42,253 nucleotides of DNA from an uncultured Candidatus Saccharibacteria bacterium. Lineage in GTDB: Bacteria; Patescibacteriota; JACPGU01. This document shows positions 20,542-26,880 of the stretch, in pieces. The position numbers and the translations under genes are program-made. The DNA lies in the NCBI GenBank assembly GCA_964355795.1, contig CAYHEQ010000004.1, positions 1 through 42,253 of the forward strand, written 5' to 3'. The notes under the pieces are model-generated. The model was not told the DNA's origin, searched no databases, and was given only the letters and a program-made list of their open reading frames with translations. The number at the start of each line of letters is the position of its first letter. Within the stretch, counting starts at the first letter, position 1.

Positions 20542-22305
20542 ATGAGAACAAAAGCGAAAGTCCTGATGGTGTTAATTTTTGTGACTCTGATGTCTCTGCT
20601 TTTGAATACGCCAAGTATTTCCCTAGCGGAAAACAAAACCAAGGATGAACTCCTGCAGGAACTAGAAAATATCAAGAATAGCCAAGACGATTTCATGGGA
20701 GCTGTTACCAACTATCAGGGCAAAAGTAAAAATGCTCTCACCAGTCTGGCTGAAACTCGGGAGCAAGTATTGAAAAACAAAGCCGAGATAGAAAATCTGG
20801 CAGAAAGTATCGAGCAAGCCGAGGAAGAATTGGCCAAAAATAAAAAGGCGCGGATGAGCTTGCTACGCAATTTCTATATCGCTACGACTGGCAAATGGCC
20901 TTTTTTGGAGCTTTTGCAGGCCGAAAGTTTCGGCGACCTCATTCGCCGACAGATCTATATGAAAAACGCTCAAGAAAAAATGGTGGCCGAGATCAAGAAA
21001 TCGGTGGCGGAAGCGCGCTTGCTGGAAGAGGGGAAGCAAGTGGCGACCGTCAAAAGAGAAATAATGCTCTCGCAAATAGACATTTTACATAATCAATTGG
21101 CGTCTTTCAAAAAATCCATCCGAGAAAATGAGGCGAAAATCCGCGATTTGGAAAAAAATAAAAAAGAAGTGGAACAGCAAATCTTGGCGCTAGATCCGCC
21201 GAAAGTCCCACTCAATACCGACGGCAATTCGGCTCTGATTTTGCGATTAAACGAAGTGGATTTCGCCAAACAAAATTATTTAACTATTGAAGGCGCCGGC
21301 ACGCCCCACGGCATAGGAATGAGTCAGTACGGCGCCAAAGCGATGGCCGAGGCCGGCAATGATTTCGAGAAAATCCTGACCCATTATTATCAAGGAACGA
21401 AAATCGGCCAGATCAATACTGATGCTATCAAAATGCGCGTGAAACTCTCCGCTTCCGCTTCTGGTGGCGCTATTATTGTCTCTGGCGGAAAGGCTTTGGG
21501 ACATGAAGGTATCATAGAATCTGGGAGCGCGATCTCCGCTCGTTCGGGGTTACATCTAGAAGCTATTGATGTCTCCACTCGCTTCATCGTTACTTACAAA
21601 TTTAATAAATTTAATTCCTTCCGCGGAGCGATAGATATCGTGGGCTCGGCCGGCAATTTCACGACCGTTAATACCTTGCCGATAGAAGATTATCTGCGCG
21701 GAGTAATCTCCGGGGAGATGTCGTCTTCCTGGCCCAAGGAGGCTCTGAAAGCGCAAGCGGTGGCGGCCAGAAATTACGCGTATAAAAATCTGAAGCCCAA
21801 TGCCTCTTACGACATCTGCGACACGCCGACCTGCCAAGTCTATCACGGCGCTTCTTACGAATTCGTCTCAACAGACCTAGCCATTCGAGAAACCGCGGGA
21901 AAAATGCTCTACTACGGGAGCGAGATTATCACTGCCTACTATTTTTCCACTTCCGGAGGTTGGACGGAAAATAACGAAAATGTTTGGGGCGGCGCGCCTC
22001 GCCCCTACTTGCGCGGCGTGGCTTCTCCCGGAGAAAATTCGCCGTACAATCATTGGACGGTGAAGACTCTGGACAAGACTACGGTGGAGAGATATTTGAA
22101 CGCTGATTCGGATACCGCTATCGGCGATTTACAAAAAATCGAGATCATCAAAAGAGGCGTTTCGGGGCTGGTGATGGCAGTGAAAATCACCGGATCAGCC
22201 GGGGTGAAATTGGTTACCGGCCAAAATTTCAAATATGTTATCAATATCAATCTACCCGACAATGAACCCAGCTACATCAAAAGCGGGCTTTTTGGTGTAC
22301 GCTAA
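20542..22305 (+). CDS. SpoIID/LytB-domain protein with signal anchor and coiled coil
   Basis: The start is moved to ATG 20542 (MRTKAKVLMVLIFVTLMSLLL). Coiled-coil N-terminal half. SpoIID motifs YLRGVISGEM...ALKAQAVAARNYA...CDTPTCQVYHG...YYFSTSGGWTENNENVW. Confidence 0.85.
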   Translation: MRTKAKVLMVLIFVTLMSLLLNTPSISLAENKTKDELLQELENIKNSQDDFMGAVTNYQGKSKNALTSLAETREQVLKNKAEIENLAESIEQAEEELAKNKKARMSLLRNFYIATTGKWPFLELLQAESFGDLIRRQIYMKNAQEKMVAEIKKSVAEARLLEEGKQVATVKREIMLSQIDILHNQLASFKKSIRENEAKIRDLEKNKKEVEQQILALDPPKVPLNTDGNSALILRLNEVDFAKQNYLTIEGAGTPHGIGMSQYGAKAMAEAGNDFEKILTHYYQGTKIGQINTDAIKMRVKLSASASGGAIIVSGGKALGHEGIIESGSAISARSGLHLEAIDVSTRFIVTYKFNKFNSFRGAIDIVGSAGNFTTVNTLPIEDYLRGVISGEMSSSWPKEALKAQAVAARNYAYKNLKPNASYDICDTPTCQVYHGASYEFVSTDLAIRETAGKMLYYGSEIITAYYFSTSGGWTENNENVWGGAPRPYLRGVASPGENSPYNHWTVKTLDKTTVERYLNADSDTAIGDLQKIEIIKRGVSGLVMAVKITGSAGVKLVTGQNFKYVININLPDNEPSYIKSGLFGVR

Positions 22306-22436
22306 TTTCGCTAATTAACTCAAATTACTTGAATAAACAAAATTGTAACTTTCATTTGATTTTTTGCTTAATTTTTGATAGTATTTGTATTCAATAGCCA
22401 ATCCGAATGTTCGGAATGTTTTATCTTTGGCGATTT

Positions 22437-22633
22437 GCGCCCATAGCTCAGTTGGTTAGAGCGCCACTCTTACCCGCCCGCCTGGACTTCGTTTGTGCGC
22501 CTATAGCTCAGTTGGTTAGAGCGCCACTCTTATAAGGTGGATGTCGCTGGTTCAAGTCCAGCTAGGCGCATTCGTCAAGGCGAAGTCGGGCGCGGTAAGG
22601 TGGAAGTCCCTGGTTTCAGCCCCAAGCTGACCT
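22437..22633 (+). pseudogene. disrupted outer tRNA-Ile-like copy split in its anticodon by a 123-nt insert
   Basis: 22437-22472 matches the first 36 nt of the intact tRNA with 1 mismatch. 22596-22633 is a degenerate copy of its 3' half that cannot form a T arm or acceptor stem. Confidence 0.6.
22497..22570 (+). tRNA. tRNA-Ile (anticodon TAT)
   Basis: Manual cloverleaf: acceptor gcgccta/taggcgc, D arm gctc-agttggtta-gagc, anticodon arm ccact-cTTATAa-ggtgg, T arm gctgg-ttcaagt-ccagc. No encoded CCA. Confidence 0.85.
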
Positions 22634-22641
22634 ACCGTAGC

Positions 22642-22730
22642 GCAATCTATTTGGCGAAGAGGAATAATCACCCCCGTCTGCAATGCTTTGCATAGCAATG
22701 CGGGCAGGTATTTCGCCAAGAGATTAAGCG
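22642..22730 (+). repeat. 89-nt structured repeat, copy A
   Basis: Shares a 58-nt core (1 difference) with 23418-23506. The closing helix is ttggcgaa/ttcgccaa. Confidence 0.7.
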
Positions 22731-22797
22731 CAGGGCAGGCAAGTCCATCCACGCGCATTTCGTAAGTGGTAAGCCAAGCCTTTTGTAAAATAAAAAT

Positions 22798-23202
22798 ATG
22801 ATAAAAGATATTATCAGACTTTTTGAAAAACAGAGTAAATTCTCAAAGACCATGATGGCCTTGATTGTCGTGGGAACATTGATGCTGTATTCATCTCTGA
22901 ATATTGTTTATAGGAATTACCAAATCAATAGACAAATAAAGGGTCTGGAGCAAGAAATCGCTTATTTACAAGAAAATAACATTGAACAAAGGAACAGAAT
23001 CCTGTATTATAGTACGGACGCCTTCGCTGAAAAGATTTTGCGACAAAAACTCAATCATCAGAAGGAGGGCGAGAGGGTCTACGCCTTGGCGCGCAAAGAT
23101 CCTGAAAGAGAGAAGTTAGTCAGAGAGCAACAGAAGTATCAAGAAAGGGAGGAGAAAAAAGCGAATATTTTGAAATGGTGGGATTTCTTCTTTAAGCACT
23201 AA
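22798..23202 (+). CDS. FtsB/DivIC-like septum formation initiator
   Basis: Single TM helix (MMALIVVGTLMLYSSL), a coiled coil (QINRQIKGLEQEIAYLQENNIEQRNRI), then DAFAEKILRQKLNHQKEGERVY. Confidence 0.6.
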   Translation: MIKDIIRLFEKQSKFSKTMMALIVVGTLMLYSSLNIVYRNYQINRQIKGLEQEIAYLQENNIEQRNRILYYSTDAFAEKILRQKLNHQKEGERVYALARKDPEREKLVREQQKYQEREEKKANILKWWDFFFKH

Positions 23203-23290
23203 TTGCGCGAATATTTGACTAATTGCGCGAATGAATGATCTCCGAAATGATTAGTGAAATTCGTTAAAAATTCGCGTAATTAGTGTATGT

Positions 23291-23362
23291 CGCGGGGTAG
23301 AGCAGTGGTAGCTCGCAAGGCTCATAACCTTGAGGTCGTGGGTTCAATTCCCACCCCCGCAA
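23291..23362 (+). tRNA. tRNA-Met (CAT), initiator-like
   Basis: Acceptor cgcgggg/ccccgca gives the C1:A72 mismatch typical of bacterial initiator tRNA. Anticodon arm caagg-ctCATaa-ccttg, T arm gtggg-ttcaatt-cccac. Confidence 0.85.
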
Positions 23363-23417
23363 TTTGAAATGTGTTACAGCAAGGATATAGATAGAAAAAC
23401 ATCTCACCCTCCGAAGA

Positions 23418-23506
23418 GCAATCTATGCCGAGAAGAGGAATAATCACCCCCGCCTGCAATGCTTTGCATAGCAATGCGGGCAGGTATTTCGAGGCGAGAT
23501 TAAGCG
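23418..23506 (+). repeat. 89-nt structured repeat, copy B
   Basis: Same core as copy A. The closing helix is gccgagaa/ttcgaggc, with three compensatory pair changes relative to A. Confidence 0.7.
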
Positions 23507-23535
23507 AAGGAGGGGTGTGGTTTTAGAAATAATTA

Positions 23536-23609
23536 GCCAGGGTAGCTCAGTTGGTTAGAGCGTAGGACTCATAAGCCTAAGGTCGAGAGTTCAATCCTCT
23601 CCCCTGGCA
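23536..23609 (+). tRNA. tRNA-Met (CAT), elongator; lysidine-type Ile2 not excluded
   Basis: Acceptor gccaggg/ccctggc, D arm gctc-agttggtta-gagc, anticodon loop ctCATaa, T arm gagag-ttcaatc-ctctc. Confidence 0.85.
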
Positions 23610-23612
23610 TTT

Positions 23613-23903
23613 ATGTTCTATGTATATATACTGCGAAGCACCAAATGCCAAAATTACTATATTGGCGTAAGTAATGATGTAAAAAGAAGATTAAAAGAGC
23701 ATAATAGTGGAATGTCGAAATCTACTAGTCCTTTCCGACCGTTTCTGCTCAAAAGGGTGGAGAGATACTTAACCATCAATGAGGCATACCGAAGGGAAAG
23801 ATTTTTGAAGTCAAAAAAAAGTAAAAAGATTATAGACCTAGTAGTAAAGAGTAGTCCCGACGTTCTTGCGGAGCAAGAAGTCGGGATCCCGATTTTGCGG
23901 TAG
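23613..23903 (+). CDS. GIY-YIG nuclease family protein
   Basis: FYVYILRS...NYYIGVSNDVKRRLKEHN...ERFLK has the GIY/YIG, R, H and E positions. The ATG starts 3 nt after the tRNA 3' end. Confidence 0.85.
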   Translation: MFYVYILRSTKCQNYYIGVSNDVKRRLKEHNSGMSKSTSPFRPFLLKRVERYLTINEAYRRERFLKSKKSKKIIDLVVKSSPDVLAEQEVGIPILR

Positions 23904-23905
23904 CA

Positions 23906-23979
23906 AACATCGGGACTCAGTTGGTTAGAGCACAGCACTCATAACGCTGAGGTCGTGGGTTCGATCCCCGCCCCTGGTA
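23906..23979 (+). pseudogene. tRNA-Met(CAT)-like copy with a damaged 5' acceptor/D region
   Basis: From the D loop onward it is a good tRNA (agttggtta-gagc, ctCATaa, gtggg-ttcgatc-cccgc, 3' acceptor ccctggt). The 5' 12 nt (aacatcgggactc) pair with it at only 4 of 7 acceptor positions. Confidence 0.45.
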
Positions 23980-23988
23980 TTTAGCATT

Positions 23989-24024
23989 CAAAAGCCCCTT
24001 CTTTCATGAGAGACGGGGCTTTTG
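23989..24024. terminator. bidirectional intrinsic terminator
   Basis: caaaagcccc-16 nt-ggggcttttg between the tRNA cluster (+) and doc (-). Confidence 0.6.
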
Positions 24025-24039
24025 CATTATTGAAAAAAT

Positions 24040-24402
24040 TTAAGCGCAATTTTTAGCCAGCCATTCGGAGAGGTCTTTGACGGAGGCGGTAAAAAGATTA
24101 TTTTTGAAAAAATCAAAAGTGGCGGGACTGGAAGCGTCAAATTCTTTTTTATTAATCTTAAGAAAGACAGCCATAGCAGTCAAGGCTGTCGGCAGATTAC
24201 CGGACGCGAAAGGCTTCTTTTTCGCGATAGCGAAAATCAGCGCGCCAGCTTTGTCAAAAAGCGTGGGGAAAACTTCGTTGTTTTTGATGTAGCTGACTGT
24301 TCTTTTCAAAATCTTGGTGTCGCCAATGCCGTCGCGACCTCCTATTTCGGAGGTTACGCGACTATGGATGTATAGTATTTCGGAAGGAGATAAATAATTC
24401 AT
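24040..24402 (-). CDS. Fic/Doc-family toxin-like protein with a degenerate active-site motif
   Basis: Size (120 aa) and pattern (ILYIHSRV...GGRDGI...GALIFAIAKKKPFASGNLPTALTAMAVFL) fit Doc. KPFASGNLPT replaces the HxFx(D/N)(A/G)NKR motif. Confidence 0.65.
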   Translation of the reverse strand: MNYLSPSEILYIHSRVTSEIGGRDGIGDTKILKRTVSYIKNNEVFPTLFDKAGALIFAIAKKKPFASGNLPTALTAMAVFLKINKKEFDASSPATFDFFKNNLFTASVKDLSEWLAKNCA

Positions 24403-24506
24403 TCTGACAATTTTTCTAGGTCTTTCTTGTATTTCTTGATGAATTCTTCAATATGCCGAGCCTTTTCGTCTTCCAGTTGGAAATTGACGAGTGGTTCAAT
24501 ACGAAT
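24399..24506 (-). pseudogene. 3' fragment of an AbrB/MazE-type antitoxin gene, still stop/start coupled to doc
   Basis: Encodes ...EPLVNFQLEDEKARHIEEFIKKYKKDLEKLSE*, a diverged copy of the C-terminal ~35 codons of 24665..24898. Its TGA overlaps the doc ATG (ATGA). Confidence 0.7.
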
Positions 24507-24551
24507 GGCTGGATGATGGTTTGACTTGCAGGAAACCCTTCTTCCTGATCC

Positions 24552-24589
24552 AAGGTTCGACCTTAAAGGATGCCCAAAGGTCGAACCTT
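24552..24589. repeat. 13-bp hairpin with loop AAAGGATGCCCA, copy 2
   Basis: aaggttcgacctt-aaaggatgccca-aaggtcgaacctt. The loop is identical to 20465-20476 and the stem is unrelated. Confidence 0.85.
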
Positions 24590-24664
24590 TTAATTCTTAC
24601 AAATAAGAGAGTAATTAATATACAAATGAAACGATTTGAATTTGTATATTTGTAATGTCTAGAA

Positions 24665-24898
24665 CTACTCTGATAGTTTTTCCAAATCTTTCTTGTATTT
24701 CTTAATAAATTCTTCAATGTGCTGGGCTTTTTCATCTTCCAGCTGGAAATTGACCAGTGGTTCAATAATAATGCGACGATTCTTGCCGTCCACATTGACG
24801 AAAACTTTGTCGCCAATTGCTATCGCCAAATTACCCAAAACTTTTTTGGGGATAGTTACCGCCGCCGAAGAGCCGATTTTGATGATTTTGTTGGCCAC
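24665..24898 (-). CDS. AbrB/MazE/SpoVT-family antitoxin
   Basis: IIKIGSSAAVTIPKKVLGNLAIAIGDKVFVNVDG looped-hinge-helix pattern, 77 aa. Confidence 0.75.
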   Translation of the reverse strand: MANKIIKIGSSAAVTIPKKVLGNLAIAIGDKVFVNVDGKNRRIIIEPLVNFQLEDEKAQHIEEFIKKYKKDLEKLSE

Positions 24899-25128
24899 AA
24901 AAATAGTTTTTAGTTATTAGGGACTAGGGACTAGTTTTCAAATTTTAGACGATAACAAAATTGAGTTTTTACTAAAACCTAGTCCCTAATCACTATCAAC
25001 CATTCTATTATAATATCATTATAACAGTCTGCAAATAGTCTTTTTTCGGACATGGAAAAGCCCCGACATTAAGTCGAGGCTTGTTTCCCTCCCCCGTGTG
25101 CGGAGGGTGAAAATTTCGAAAAGGCACT

Positions 25129-25836
25129 TTAGCCCTTTCTCTTTTTTGGGTTCCAATCGTAGGCGTTGGTAAATTGCCCGATGTGATTGTACCCATAGAA
25201 AGTTGTCCGGAGCTTGCCTCGCCTTTTGGCATTATGCCAAACCTTGGCGCAATACTCCAGTTGCCGGTTCCAGTATTTGAAACTGGGGCTGGCGATAAAC
25301 CCCCCATGATACGCGGAGTTCAACTGGCACAGACCATGATCGGTCGTGCCATTATTGTTTTTTCCGACCGCCCAGATGCCCCATTCGGGATTTTCGGCGG
25401 TCAGGGTAAGGACGAAGTCGTTGCCACCCAGCCGGTGCGCGTAGCGCACCATGGTCTGCTTCCAGCCGGGCCAATCTTTACGATGTGGCGCGACATGGCC
25501 GGATCTAACCGGCCGAAAAATATCCGTCGCCCCTCTTTGAGAGCCGGTGGCGGGAGCGCTCTCCTCATCGATCCCGTAAATATGCTCGGGAAATTGAGGG
25601 TTGTACTCCCCCTTACAGTCATCAGGATCTTTCTCCCAAAATTTGCCCTGTGGGCAATCGGGGGCTTCCGCCCGCGGAAGTTGGAGGTCGTCCATCCTTT
25701 CCTCCATCTTCCTTTCGCGCCCGTGAAGACGATCTTCCTGCTGGCGCTGGTCAGCTCCGACCAGGAAAGCGCCTACCGTCACCCCAATCAAACAAAAAAC
25801 AAAAAAACCAAAGCTCTTTCGGCTTTCAAATTCCAT
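25129..25836 (-). CDS. membrane-anchored lysozyme-like / lytic transglycosylase-like protein
   Basis: The start is moved to the Met at 25836 (MEFESRKSFGFFVFCLIGVTVGAFLVG). LTAENPEW...NNNGTTDHGLCQLN resembles the SLT pattern E-S...G-x-D-x-GLMQIN. Hairpins at ~25060-25125 could terminate it. Confidence 0.5.
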   Translation of the reverse strand: MEFESRKSFGFFVFCLIGVTVGAFLVGADQRQQEDRLHGRERKMEERMDDLQLPRAEAPDCPQGKFWEKDPDDCKGEYNPQFPEHIYGIDEESAPATGSQRGATDIFRPVRSGHVAPHRKDWPGWKQTMVRYAHRLGGNDFVLTLTAENPEWGIWAVGKNNNGTTDHGLCQLNSAYHGGFIASPSFKYWNRQLEYCAKVWHNAKRRGKLRTTFYGYNHIGQFTNAYDWNPKKRKG

Positions 25837-26003
25837 TTTTTCTTCTTTTCCCCTTGGATGTAAAGGTCCGAAACCACCGGATCCTTGCCTTTGGCTAAGA
25901 CCCATATTACCACAAAAATAAGGCTTAGTCAAGAGTATATTTTAGGGCTTTGCCCCAGCTTGAAAATTCCCAAAAACCTTGACTTTAAGCCTAATTTTAT
26001 GCC

Positions 26004-26078
26004 CTATCCCACCCATTCCTCTACCATCAAAAATTCTTTCTTGTTGGCGAGAGGGAGGGTTTGGTAGATTTCTTCGGT
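26004..26078 (-). pseudogene. displaced remnant of the valS 3' end
   Basis: Encodes TEEIYQTLPLANKKEFLMVEEWVG*, compared with the functional ValRS C-terminus TEEIYQILPLAGKKEFLMVEEWPSS. About 75 bp of DNA similarity to 26905-26980. Confidence 0.75.
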
Positions 26079-26089
26079 GGTTATTTATT

Positions 26090-26662
26090 TTACACTAATG
26101 TCTTGTGTTCAAAAATATCAATATCCTCTTTTGATAATAATTTCGATAAAGAAGCGTGTCTTTGAAGGGCGAAGCTGGGCTGATTGGAAAAGCCGATATA
26201 CTCCACTTTTTTACCCAATTCTTTGGCCTTCTTGATGGCTGGAATCAAATCAGTATCGGAAGAAATTAGAATGGCTGAATCGTAGAGATTTTCGTATGCC
26301 CCAACCAACAGATCAACCGCCAATTCAACATCAACGCCCTTCTCATGATACGCTCCGTTATTTTGCATGATATATCCTCTTTTTATCGTAAAACCCTGAA
26401 CCTTTGATTCTATATGAGCAAAAAGGCGTTGCTGTTCTCTCCTCAATTCCTCGCCCTTTTTGTTCCCTTTTTCCACTCGCACCACCCCCACATAATATCC
26501 TTGATAAACTACTTTTCTTTCCCGAGCCAAAAATTCCGATAATCCTTTGTAATTAAATTTATTCAGGTTTTTGAAACCTAATTCTTTTGATCGTAATTTA
26601 TAATAAAGGTTACTCCCATCTATAAAGACAGCGATCCTTTCTTCTTTTCTTTCTTTGCTCAT
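26090..26662 (-). CDS. NYN-domain (LabA/DUF88-like) protein
   Basis: IAVFIDGSNLYY...GVDVELAVDLL...AILISSDTDLIPAIKKAKELGKKVEYIGF. AAGGAGGG lies 4 nt upstream of the ATG. Confidence 0.85.
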   Translation of the reverse strand: MSKERKEERIAVFIDGSNLYYKLRSKELGFKNLNKFNYKGLSEFLARERKVVYQGYYVGVVRVEKGNKKGEELRREQQRLFAHIESKVQGFTIKRGYIMQNNGAYHEKGVDVELAVDLLVGAYENLYDSAILISSDTDLIPAIKKAKELGKKVEYIGFSNQPSFALQRHASLSKLLSKEDIDIFEHKTLV

Positions 26663-26676
26663 ATCCCTCCTTAAAG

Positions 26677-26724
26677 AAAAACCCCACCGTGTGCTCTTGC
26701 GAGCCCAGAGTGGGTGGTTTTAGC
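26677..26724 (-). terminator. imperfect hairpin with GCAA loop and T-run downstream of valS
   Basis: The minus strand reads aaaaccacccactctgggctc-gcaa-gagcacacggtggggtttttc. Confidence 0.45.
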
Positions 26725-26880
26725 TAATCCAATAGTAGCAAAACGCTTTGATAAAGTCAACGATATTTTTGTCATAGTTTTTTTCATACGTTTTTGGCTA
26801 CTTTTTGGACTTTTATCCGACCCACCCAGTAGTGAAAATCCGAAAATTGTCCCTACGGGACCCTTTTGGGACTAACTCAA

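Noticed and set aside
22571-22797. Group I intron associated with the split tRNA (words such as gattaagcgc and aagccaagcc recall IC3 tRNA introns)
   Set aside because: No P7/P3/P8 core (for example an AGACTAnACGG-like block) and no 3' exon with an acceptor strand could be found. The FtsB-like ORF starts at 22798. The same 89-nt element also occurs next to an unsplit tRNA.
25174-25863. 229-aa plus-strand ORF (similar cases: 9910..10425, 1199..1666, 5244..5681, 30795..31187, 36182..36808)
   Set aside because: These are antisense to ORFs with clear family motifs or better start contexts. The translations are low-complexity or Ser/Pro/Arg-rich, as expected for shadow frames.
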